Positions 1-10,420 of a DNA stretch of 64,000 nt are shown in pieces. Source of the DNA: Vicugna vicugna (Eukaryota); contig MU058636.1 in the NCBI GenBank assembly GCA_013265495.1, forward strand, positions 1,240,001 through 1,304,000, given 5' to 3'. The notes under the pieces are model-generated. The model had not been told where the DNA came from and searched no databases. It saw only the letters and a list, made by a program, of their open reading frames with translations. The position numbers and the translations under genes are program-made. Numbering within the stretch: position 1 is the stretch's first letter; the number at the start of each line of letters is the position of its first letter.

Positions 1-252
1 TAAGACCCCTGCCTTCCCTTCAGGCAAAAGAAGCCCTCCTGACCTGAAACAGTCCTTTCTTTTCTTTTGCTGCTCATCCTCTGGCCCCACCCTCCTGCCT
101 ATAAAAACCCTCCACTTTGGACAGCCCCTTGGAGCCCCGCCTCGTCCCTGGGTGGGATGCTGCCCCAACTATGAATTGCCTAATAGAGCCAATCAGATCT
201 TCAAGTTTACTCAGCCGAATTTTGATTTGGTTTTGTTTTGTTTTGTTTTTAA
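1..252 (+). mobile_element. ERV LTR, 3' part (truncated by window edge)
   Basis: TATAAAA at about 100, then an R/U5-like AATAGAGCCAATCAGATCTTCAAGTTTACTCAG and a T-rich end typical of ERV1-class LTRs. Confidence 0.6.
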
Positions 253-665
253 TAAAACTGAAAGCAACTCCAAGGCAAAAACAATCATAGTTGGAGGCTT
301 ATGTGCCTTGAGAAGCTACTTTGCTCTATGCTTTGCCTGGCGACTTTGTATGTATTTCTGTAGCAAAATAGACCCTGAATCACTCAATAACGAGTCAAAA
401 GTCACCTCTTGCCTGTAACAACAAGGCCACGGGGACTACAGGTTTCCAAGTCTCCCCTAGTCCGCAGCTCCAGACTCTCCTGGAGGGGAGCCCCTCCTCC
501 AGCTGGAGGGTTGGTGCAGGAGAGGGGGCCCCACCCTCCAGTCATAAGAGGGGGTCTCCAGCTGCTCTGCCCCCAACCCTTCACGGCCATCCCTGAGCTT
601 ATCTTTCTTCTCACCTGGATTGCCGGGACTCCCGTCCACTCTCAGACTAAGCTGGAGGTAGGAAC

Positions 666-1178
666 TGTGAGTGAAAAATATTGCCTGCCACATCAGTAAA
701 CAAAAGATGCCGTGGCCATCAAATCATCAGCCACTGCCGCCACCCCCCAGCTGTGAACTGGTGAGCCGGAGGGAACTCAGGATGCAGACAAGCAGGCAGC
801 TGGGCCATGGCCACCACCCCCAACGGGGCCCCCTGGAGGGACTCAGGATGGGAAAGGACAGGATGCTGGCCCTGGATAGCTAGATGCCTATCAAAGAAAT
901 GATTTCAATGAGCCCAGATATTTGCACCTTCCCATACATAGAAAAGAGCTAAATTCCTTGACTTGAGATATGTGCTTTCCTTTCATTAACAGTACTCTTC
1001 TGATGGTCCACCGGTCTGGTCTTCGCTGCAAAAACTCCTATATATAGCCTCGCGTCTCCCTTGCCTTTCCAGAGCTGTCTCAGATCTGAGAGACCATCTT
1101 CCAGGCTCAGGTCCTCAGAAAGTCCGTTGAATAAAACTAACTCTCAACTGCTCGGTTGTGCATTTTTTTCCACCGACA
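666..1178 (+). mobile_element. ERV1-class solo LTR
   Basis: TG...CA termini, near-matching 4-bp TSD (GAAC/GAGC), TATA-like TATATATA at about 1040, AATAAA at 1130-1135, and an internal duplicated ACTCAGGATG motif. Confidence 0.75.
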
Positions 1179-1839
1179 GAGCCCAGGAGCAATCCCAGCT
1201 GGCAGTGGTGGCGTCCTCTTATATCACTGGGCTGTGGGTCTTTTTGCTTTTACCCCTAGAGTTGCTTTAAAGCTAAGGAAGGATTTCAAGCTCCATGGAC
1301 TCACGTCCCTCTGACCAATGCCAAGAGTCACCAACCATTTTTAATGTGAAAATTTAGCTGTGAGCAGTGCCTTGCACTGAAGTGTGTTTAATAGGTGACT
1401 GGGGGAAAGGAACATACATGTCATACATTCTGCTTTGGAAACAGTTGGATGTTGGGGTTGGTGCTCCCACCTTGCTTAAAAAGAAGGAGCTGCGGCAGCC
1501 CAGCCCGAGGTTGTGACATCCTGGAGGCAAGAGCGAGCATCTGTCCTCCTCTCTGTGTCCCTGGCAGCACACGTGACAGTGGAGGAAGAGGTAGTTCTTG
1601 ATCCCTGGGAAAAACACACAAGGAATGAGATGAAACATCCCACTTAATTGGCCCATGAACTCTCACAACCTGTTTCTCTGCTCTTTTCTATTGCGTAAGC
1701 ATCTGTCAAAACTTTCTCCTGCTGTCACCACCAGTGTCCCGCAGGCCTGGACCTGCCTTCTCACAGTCACACCACCCTATTCACACAGATCCCTGCGGAC
1801 CGGTCCCGACTAATCCAGTTAATGTATTCTATCATATTA

Positions 1840-2300
1840 TTAACTAAATAAGAAAAATCACACAATCATAAATGTAGGAAAAAAACAGTTGATAATATTC
1901 AACATCCATCCATGATAACACTTGGCAAACGAGCAGCAGGAGAGAACAGGTTCAGCATAAAAGGAGCATCTGAACAACCTGCAACTAACGTCATCCAACA
2001 GTGAGAAAAGGGACCCTCGTCCCCTAAGCGGTAAACAAGGCAAGGCTGTCACTCTCACCCCTCCTTCTCAACACCATGCCAGTGCAACAACACACACACG
2101 CACATTAGAAAGGAAGAAATAAAAACTGTCCCTATTCACAGACAACATGAAAATCCCTGGTCAAAAAGGAAGATGAAAAATAAAAACAAACCCTCCTAGA
2201 GCTCATAACTGAGTTTCACGAGGTCACAGGCCAACGCATGGGAATCAGGCACGTTTCCATATGCTAAAAAATGAACAATTAAAAGTCAAAAACTGTTTAG
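1840..2300 (+). mobile_element. Degraded L1 ORF2 fragment
   Basis: Recognisable L1 ORF2 DNA (AACAAGGCAAGGCTGTCACTCTCACCCCTCCTTCTCAACA; GGAAGAAATAAAAACTGTCCCTATTCACAGACAACATGA); no intact frame. Confidence 0.75.
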
Positions 2301-2305
2301 AATAC

Positions 2306-2917
2306 TGAGGCAGGAGGGAAGGGGGCAGGGCACCGCCATTCAAGGAATGACACAGCAGTTAGCACCAAGGTGGAGGGAGACTTGACTCCCAGCAGACCTT
2401 GAGCTTCATTACATGCTCGTTGTAACACGTCAGCTTGGTAAATGGCACACCCACAGGTGCCAGGACAGTTCCGAGGCCGACCATAAAAGGCCAAAAAACG
2501 GGCGATGGCCCAGTTCCTAGAAATCCCCACCCCTTCCCAGCGTGGCTGGAGTAGTCTTCCCACTTGTTAGCAAGTGAGATAACCGAGCCCGTGAAAGCTA
2601 GCCACCCCACACCTCGTGGCCGCTCTCCCCTCTGCGTGACACGGACCACACTCTGCCTACGGAGCGTGCGACTACTTTTACTTTAAACTGAGCACCAAAC
2701 CCTGTACCTTGTGGCCGTTCTTTTACCTTCTGAGATGCCTGCACTTTGTCTATGGAGTACGTATCTCTCTGAATAAATCTACCTTTACTCAATTGTGGCT
2801 CATTCTTGAATTCTTTCCCGTGTGAAGCCAAGGACCCATACTTGGTGGGGTGGGTCCCAGGGATTCAACTGAGACCTGGGACACGGCCATTCTCTCACCA
2901 CACATTCTCCTGTATCA
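2306..2917 (+). mobile_element. ERV1-class solo LTR (612 bp) inserted in an old L1
   Basis: TG...CA termini with perfect 4-bp TSD ATAC (2302-2305 and 2918-2921), AATAAA at 2772-2777, and an internal diverged duplication (GTGGCCG...CTACGGAG/CTATGGAG). Confidence 0.85.
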
Positions 2918-3064
2918 ATACTATTCGTCATAGTGATACAGGAAAAACGGGGCACATGATAAAATGGTAACATTTGGACGGTTTCCTGTTTGGGGCTGTT
3001 ATTCAGTGTTGTCAGCAGTGCACAATGTTTTTATAAACATTTTTGCATTCAAGTCAAAATTGTT

Positions 3065-3950
3065 TTGAATATGATCAATTGACCAAGAAGATATAACAGT
3101 TTTATGTATCTAATAACATAGATTCAAATATAGAAAGCCAAAAAAAATGACAGAACTAAAATGACAAATACACAAATCTACAAACATAGTAGGAGATTTT
3201 GATATATTCTCTTCATAATTAACAAACAGATAAAAATCAACAAGGGTGTAGAGTTAGACAACCCAAATACCCCTTTGGAAAACAGCTTGCCATTTTCTTT
3301 AGAATTACAGTGGGGAGGGTATATAGCTCAGTGGTAGAGCACATGCTTAGTACGTGTGAGGTCCTGGGTTCAATCCCCAGTACTTCTGTTAAAAAAATTT
3401 TTTTTAATTTGAAATAATAAAATAAACTTACAGATATGCAAACCTAGAACTTCCAATTCGAGGTATAGCCCACAGATAAACTACACACTTGCACTGTGAC
3501 TCATATTCAAAAAAATTCGTAACAGCAGTTGCCCTGCCAACAGCCCTGTGCAACAGCTGATTCCCCACCTACAGTCAAATGAATACGTAATTGTGGTGTA
3601 TTCATGTGAGACAAGCCTACAGGGCAGTGAAAAACCAGCGAACTAAATCTACACGGATGAATCTTGAAGCACAGGACTGAGGGACAGAGCCAGGATAAAG
3701 GAGCACAGCATAATTTCATTCCTATACAGTCAAGAAACAATCAAAGCTAAAGTACAGTGCTGCAGGTACACTCGGGATTGCACACACCACAAAGGGCAGA
3801 AAAGAGATGCTTATCACACAGTCAGGGTGATGGTCACTCTGTGGGGTCGGGGTTGACCAGGGACACGCACACAGGGGGCCCTTAGGCTGCAGGTATTAAA
3901 CTGTGCAAACACTTTTATGCAATTTTATATATGTTAATTGTTATTTACCA
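3065..3950 (+). mobile_element. Old L1 (L1M/L1ME-like) fragments interrupted by a SINE
   Basis: Endonuclease-region remnant (ATAGTAGGAGATTTTGA) and 3' UTR remnant (TTGTGGTGTATTCATG...CATAATTTCATTCCTATA). Confidence 0.6.
3312..3427 (+). mobile_element. tRNA-derived SINE (camelid vic-1 type)
   Basis: GGGGAGGGTATATAGCTCAGTGGTAGAGCACATGCTTAG...GGTTCAATCCCCAGTAC with Pol III A and B boxes and an A-rich tail. Confidence 0.85.
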
Positions 3951-4455
3951 GCAAAAGCAATGTTTTCAAAACTTCGGGAAAGCAGGGCCGACTACCCTGG
4001 GAGCTATCCCACCCAGAGAAGCTCCGCCCTCTCTTCTCTGTCCCCTCCCTCATCAGCCTCCTGCCTCCACTCTCAGCCTCCTCCCCACCCCCACCCCCAC
4101 CCCCCCCAGGCAGCCCAGGGAGGCAGGCAGCCTGGAGCTGCAGGTCCTGGGCTGAAGGCTCCCGGCCAAAGCCTCTCAGCTGTGGGCAGACCCTTCCTAG
4201 ACAGAAATGCCTATTTCTTACCAGGCAAGAGTCAGCTGTGGGCTGCGAGGCAACTCCCACTATCCTGTTTGGGTTCTGGGTACTGCCCTGCCTCCAACCC
4301 AGTAAGAAGGGATTCTCCAGGGGTCACACTAGTTTGTTAGTGTCCACGTTGGGCTTCGCTGTTATAAAAAGCATCCATTTGCCTTCACCTTCCTGTCCTG
4401 GGCTCATCAGGGGCAAGGAGGGTTGTGCTGGGGCAAAATTCAAAGATTTAGGATC

Positions 4456-4661
4456 ATATACACTACTGTATATAAAATAAGTAAACAGCACAGGAGACTA
4501 TTCAATACTGTGTGATAACCTATAATGAAAAAGAGTAATACATGTATAACTGAATCACTATGCTGCGCACTCGAAAGTAACAACACTGTAAATCAACTAT
4601 ACTTCAATTAAATATATGTATATATGGAAGATTTCTTGTATATATGATATCATATATATAT
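4456..4661 (+). mobile_element. 5'-truncated artiodactyl-type L1 3' end with TSD
   Basis: ATAACTGAATCACTATGCTG...GTAAATCAACTATACTTCAATTAAA plus a TA-rich tail, flanked by 11-bp direct repeats GATTTAGGATC (4445-4455, 4662-4672). Confidence 0.85.
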
Positions 4662-4799
4662 GATTTAGGATCTTCAACCTTTTGGCATCATCTGTTCCCA
4701 AAGGACGGTTCGGAGGGGTGGAGGCAGAAACGGCAGAAAACTAAAGCCAGGCCATGGCGTGGAGTCTCAGAACCACGCCCCCTCCATTGCTCAGCAGAA

Positions 4800-5460
4800 G
4801 CACCTGGTCCCCAGAGGGGATGGGACGCGGGAGACTTCCAGTCCGCGCTGGGGACCCAGCCGGGCCTGGAAGCTTCCTAGAACCTCTTTTTCTCCAGTTA
4901 GATTGCTGACACCTGTGTATAAAATAGATTCCCAAAAGCAGACGTTTTCCGAAAGCTTTTCAACCCCAGAGCGCCGAGCTGAGGCCGGAGAAATGTAAGC
5001 CTCGGCCTTCCTTCTCCTCCGCCGGGAACCCTGCCGAGTAGCATTCCCCGGCAGCGCCGCCAAAAATGGGCAAGAACGCGGCCGGAGCCCGATCGGCTGC
5101 GGAGACGGACGGAAAGCGGGCTTCGCCGTCCTGTCGGCTTCCTCGTCCTGCCTCCTCCCCGGACCCGGACCTGTGCCGCTCTCATGAACTCAGGGGCAGT
5201 CCCCAGCATCTCCGCTCCCCGCCGCGCGGAGGGCGCCGGCCGCTCCCTCCCCCGGGATGCGCCCACCCGGGCCTCCCCGACCCTTCCCTGCGCCCCTCTC
5301 CTCCCGTCCGAAGGCCTCCCTCCACCCTTCCCCGCCCCCCCACCCCGGGTCCATCAGGCCACTGGCAGGGTCGCTCCCTCTGCTCCTGTCCTCCGGCCGT
5401 CCTGCCCTCCCCGCTGGTCTCCTTCAGCATCTCTGTCTGGGCCCTGTCTGTCCAGTTTGA
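4800..5460. promoter_or_regulatory. CpG island / putative promoter with no associated coding exon in the window
   Basis: Visibly dense CpG and high GC. Contains a ZNF143/SBS-like GAGTAGCATTCCCCGGCAG (~5036), a YY1-like CAAAAATGGG (~5061) and a GC box (CCCGCCCC ~5330). Confidence 0.6.
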
Positions 5461-6998
5461 GACTTGTTCTTCCACGTTTGCCCACCTACCCCGCATTCTC
5501 AATTCTGCATACAGTAGCAGGGCCACCTTTTAAAAACAGAAATCAGATCTGGCCAGACTCCTTCCCAAACCCCAGTGGCTTCGTCTGGGTAAGATCCCAA
5601 GTGCCTCCCAGAGTCCCAGCCCCTAGGTGACCTGGCCCTGCCTGTGTCTCCCTTACCCCTGAGTGCTCCCCTCCTACCTGCCCCTCCCGGCAGATGGCCT
5701 TCCCGCTGTTCCAGCTCAGGCCCGGCTGGGAGCCTTCCCCCTTGGTCCCTCTGCCCCAGGGAGGCCCCCTTCCATCTCCTGATAGCCCCCACGTGGTGCC
5801 ATCTGTGCTCCAGCCTCGCCTCCTCACAGCGCCATCCCCACGGCAGCCCCCTCACCCCCACCCGGCTCTGCCCGCCTGCACGGCTCACACAGCGGGTGAC
5901 CGGGTACATTCCGCACGTGTCCAGCCGTCTCCCGGACCCCAGTGAACCCTCTGAGCACAGGGACTCAGTTGGTCTTAATCATTTCTAAGTTCTACAATAC
6001 TGACACGTAGTAGGTACTTGATAAATATATGTTAAATGGACGAATCAATGATTAAGAAATTATATAAATTTTTAAACATTGTATTTTACCTTAAAACACA
6101 TATATGGTCACTTACTAGCCAGTATTTTGACACAGGACCCAAGCCTTTCCTCTGAGGGTGGTGCCCTCACTGGGGATTCTGGTTGTCTCCCTTTTTTTCT
6201 TTTTTTGGCATAAATCACACCTGTAATGTGTTATCTACAATTTCAAATTTCAATTTCTTTAAAGCAGCATGAGATCTTAAAGACTCTTGAAAAACAATTT
6301 CAATACAGAATCCTCTCATTTTTAAATTGCCCCCTGTCCTTGGGTCTCCTTTGCACTTAATTTAAAGCAGATCTTTAAGCCAACTTACCTTTATTGAAAA
6401 GTCTTTCCAAATCATTCAACTTAGTTTTCAAAGAAGCAGCTCTCGCTTTTACACTCATTATGTTAGTTTACACAATATTTAATTGGCTAACATAGAACGT
6501 AATCCAGCTTCTTGAGTACGATAACGAACTATGAGCATAAGCTGGTTTAGGGACCAACATCGCTCACCCCAAAGGCGTGCAGGAGAGCTGGAGGGTGCAG
6601 GTTCACTGCCGCCTGCCAGCGGGTTTGCTCCAGTGAGACAGCTTAGAGGAGGTCAGAAAATAGGGCTCCTTCTGTGGAACACAAGTCCCTGAACCAAGCA
6701 CGTGGCCACTCTGCTGGAAACTGCTCTGGGTCCCCCAGGGGAGAACAGGAAAAGCAAAACTAGGGCAGCAAAGTGTAGCAAGAATCCAAATAGAGCCTAG
6801 GCGAGAAATTTCCTCCACCCTTCTGGCCAGGGAACCATCCTTTGTGAGAAGAAACTAAAGTTAGTATGAGACCCATGGCGAATGCTGGGTTTCCATAAGT
6901 AGTTATCCTATTTTATTGATTAGTAAACTGAACTTAGCTCTTGGCCTCCAGTGAGAATGACCAAGCAGTCATCCTCAATTCTTTCGTGGTCCTTTAAA

Positions 6999-7089
6999 AT
7001 TTTTGGGGGGGGATTAGATTTACTTATTTATTTTTGGAGGAGGACCTTGCGCATGCTAAGCATGCGCTCTACCACTGAGCCCCTCCTCA
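6999..7089 (-). mobile_element. vic-1-type SINE with internal deletion of the B box
   Basis: Reverse SINE (GCATGCTAAGCATGCGCTCTACCACTGAGC) lacking the TACTGGGGATTGAACCC segment; flanking direct repeats CCTTTAAA (6991-6998, 7090-7097). Confidence 0.75.
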
Positions 7090-7524
7090 CCTTTAAATTC
7101 TAAACAAATTCCTCCCTGCAGGTATTACTGAACACAGACTTCTGAACCCAGAGTGAACCTAACTTTGAAGTCCTGCTTTCCTCCCTTGATAACATTGTAT
7201 ACAACCCCGATGTCTCAGTCACCCTGTTCTGTCTGTCACCTACGTGCTGATGAGAAACACTGGCCTCAGCTGTAGGTCCTGTCACTTGCTGACACCCGCT
7301 TCCTCACCTCACCCTACTGGGGCCGCACCTTGGGGGTGACTCGCGTGCACACCGGTCAGCAAGTGTCCTCCTCCTCCTGCTCAGACACATGGGCTTCAGG
7401 AGCCCTGCTCTTCCGAGCCCTGGTCCGCAAACCTGCACCTTGGCCCCCATGTGGGAAGGGTACCGAGCTCTAAAAGCAAAGGTAAATGTTGTGATTCTTC
7501 AGGCAAAATTTTAGCTACAGCTTT

Positions 7525-8003
7525 TGAAAAATCTATCTATATTAATTTTAAAATTTTTTATACAATTTTAAAGGTTAATTTCTATTTACAGTAATTGCAA
7601 AATACTGGCTATCTTCCCTGTGTTGCACAATACATCCCTGAGCTTCCCTTACACCCAACAGTTTGTTCCTCCCCCTCCCACCCCTACAGTGCCCCTCCCT
7701 GCTTCCCTCTCCCACTGGAAACCACTAGTTTGTTCTCTGTACTTGTGAGTCCGCTTCTTCTATGTTATAGTCACTAGTTTGTTGTCTTTTTTGGATTCCA
7801 CATATAAGCAATATTATAAGTTGTTTATCTTTCTGTCTGACTTATTTCACATCACATAATGCTCTCCAAGTCCATTTGTGTTGCTGCAAATGGCAAAATT
7901 TTGTTCTTTTTTTTTAAATTGAAGTATAGTTGATTTACAATGTTGTGTTAAAATTTTTCATTCTTTTTTGTGGCTGAGTAGTATTCCATTGCGTGTATGT
8001 CCA
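7525..8003 (-). mobile_element. L1 3' end with a nested second short L1 3' end (~7905-7950)
   Basis: Reverse L1 3' UTR (GATTCCACATATAAG...TCTGTCTGACTTATTTCAC); perfect 14-bp TSD TTAGCTACAGCTTT (7511-7524, 8004-8017). Confidence 0.85.
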
Positions 8004-8784
8004 TTAGCTACAGCTTTCAAGGCAGTTTTTCAGTCCTCCTTTGGAATGAGAAGGACAAAGTTCACAGCCAAGACCCTTTCCTTTGGGGCACTCACATGGG
8101 TGTTTATGACACCTGTTTTCTTCAGACCATAGCTAGGGTCCAGACCCTCCCCTTTTCAGGCAGAATGACCAGTCAGTTTGTTAGATGCAGGTAGAAGCTA
8201 GTTCTGCTGCTTTGACCCACAGGACGGAGTCCCTTTCTGAATGACCTGGTAATGGTGACCTGCAAAGTCGTTCTAGCAGCAAACCCAGGACATGGCGTGC
8301 CGACCTGCTCACGGGTGAGAACAGACCAGGAAAGAGGCAGGCGCATTCCGCCCGCCCAAAGGGCACGGACCCTTTCCGGGACCTCAGACCAGATGCCAGG
8401 CAACATTCGAAGCAAGCGGCCACTTCCCCTGTCCTGAGTCACCCTCATCACTTGGCTTCCTTAGGAGTTTGCTTGAAGAGAAAATAGGCTGTTCAGGCCA
8501 ACACACACGCTTGTCTGTTCGGCAGGTTTATTTTTCATCATAAATTAGTAAGATGACATTCAGAGTTCTCCACTTCACTCTCAGCATGTCTGTCTCTCTG
8601 AGACCAGTCACCTCAAGGGTTCTGACAAAATAGTTCTGAACTTGTGAGGCTGAAGGCCAGACCCCAGAGAAGACACTTCAGTGAGGCTCCCCGACTTCTG
8701 GTCAGCCCGTCCCGGTGGATGAGGACACAGTGCGGGGGTCCTCGGCCCTGACAGTGCCTGCGTCCCTGTTTAAAAGAATATGGA

Positions 8785-9047
8785 ACATAGAATTCCTAGG
8801 AGAAGATACAGGCTCTTTGACATCAGTCTTAGCAATCTTTTTTTGGATCTATCTCCTCAGGCAAGGGAAACAAAAGCAAAAACAAACAGATGGGGCCACA
8901 ACAAACTAAAAAGATTTTTGCACACCAAAGGAAACCATCAGCAAAATGGAAAGGCTGCCTCCTGGATGAGGGAAGGTCCTTGCAAGCAATGTGATCTGAT
9001 AAGGGGTTAATAGCCAGAATATGTAAAGAACTCACCCAGCTCAACAC

Positions 9048-9129
<82 letters not shown>

Positions 9130-9915
9130 CTGATTAAAACATGGGCAGAGGACTTGAATAGACATTTTTCCAAAGAAGACATGCAAATGGCCAACAGGCA
9201 CATGAAAAGATGCTCAACATGGCTAATCATCAGGGAAATGCAAATCAAAGCCAAAATGAGGTATCACCTCCCACCTGTCAGAATGGCCATCATCAAAAAG
9301 ACACGAAATAACGAGTGCTGGTGAGGATGTGGAGAAAAGGGAACCCTTGTGCGTTCTTGGTGGGAATTTAAATTGGCTCAGCCAGTTCAGAACTATTTTG
9401 TCAGAACCTGTATGGAGATTCCTCAAAAAATTAAAAATAGAACTACCATATGATCCAGCAATCCCACTTCTGAGTATTTGTCTAAGGAAAATAAAAACAC
9501 TAATTGGAAAAGATATATGCACCCCTATGACATTTTGATGGACCTAGAGGGTATTGTGCTAAGTGAAATAAGTCAGACAGAGAAAGGCAAATACCATGTG
9601 ATTTCACTTATATGTAGAATCTAAAAAACAAAACAAACATAAAACAGAAACAAACTCACAAACAGGTGGTTGCCAGGTGCAGGGAGTTGCGTGAAACAGG
9701 TGAAGGTGGGTGAGAGGTACAGAGCTCCAGCGGTAAAGCAAGTGAGTCACGGGGACCTAACAGTCAATAACGTTGAGACGACCTTGTGTGGGGACAGATG
9801 GTTACTAGACTTACCATGGTGCTTAATTCGTAATGTATATAAACGTCAAATCACTATGTTGTATACCTGAAATATTTAATATTGTGCATCAACTATCCTT
9901 CAATTAAATAAAAAA
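8785..9915 (+). mobile_element. L1 3' portion (end of ORF2 plus 3' UTR), internally deleted
   Basis: Remnant translation LKKLKIELPYDPAIPLLSI is the L1 ORF2 C-terminus; 3' end reads ATCAACTATCCTTCAATTAAATAAAAAA. Confidence 0.9.
9049..9124. repeat. (AC)38 perfect microsatellite
   Basis: Read directly; lies in the A/C-rich tract of the L1. Confidence 0.95.
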
Positions 9916-9919
9916 GGAA

Positions 9920-10047
9920 AGATGAACGCCCAGCCTCAGCCCAGATGAGTGAAAAGCAGAATCTTTGGAGGCGAGGCTGGGACAGTGGCTTTTCTTAAAA
10001 GCCCCCTGGGAGAGTCTACTGAGCTGCAGGAATTAAGAACCACTGGC
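9920..10047. mobile_element. MER5-like hAT-Charlie DNA transposon fragment
   Basis: GCAGAATCTTTGGAGGCGAGGCTGGG...AATTAAGAACCACTGG resembles the MER5A end. Confidence 0.5.
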
Positions 10048-10134
10048 TTCGTGTATTTCTCTTTCTAAGATGAAGACAGAGCCCTTGGGTGCTGGAACCC
10101 ATGTGAACAGTCTTCTGATCTGAATTCTACTAAA

Positions 10135-10420
10135 CACTAGTAACAGGGCTGGTTACTATACACTGAGGGCCTAATTTGTGTCAAGCACTGTGTTACGCCC
10201 TTTTCTATACGGTATCTGAAAACCCAAAAAAATCCTGTAGGGTAGACATTTTTAGCCTCATTTTTAAAAGTTTTAATTTATCTTGGTTTTTTAGCTCAGA
10301 AAACACAAAGGTGAAGTCACGTGATCAAAACTCACACAGCTGGTTAAGTAAAGAGGCCAGTATCTCAGCCCGGGTTTATCTGATTCCGAAGTGCGAGCCT
10401 TCCCCTCTGCCAAGTCTCTC
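10135..10420 (-). mobile_element. MIR
   Basis: TGTGTCAAGCACTGTGTTA...AAGGTGAAGTCACGTGATCAAAACTCACACAGCTGGTTAAGT resembles the reverse MIR core. Confidence 0.55.

Noticed and set aside
3312..3390. tRNA-like sequence with A and B boxes (also at 25597 and 42735)
   Set aside because: Poly-A tails, TSDs and divergence among copies show these are SINEs, not tRNA genes.
4898..5988. Many overlapping 100-155 aa ORFs on both strands
   Set aside because: Low-complexity Pro/Arg/Gly/Ser translations expected from stop-poor GC-rich DNA; no recognisable domain or exon structure.
8829..9538. ORFs with a CVCVCV run and LKIELPYDPAIPLL
   Set aside because: Translations of an L1 relic and its (AC)n microsatellite.
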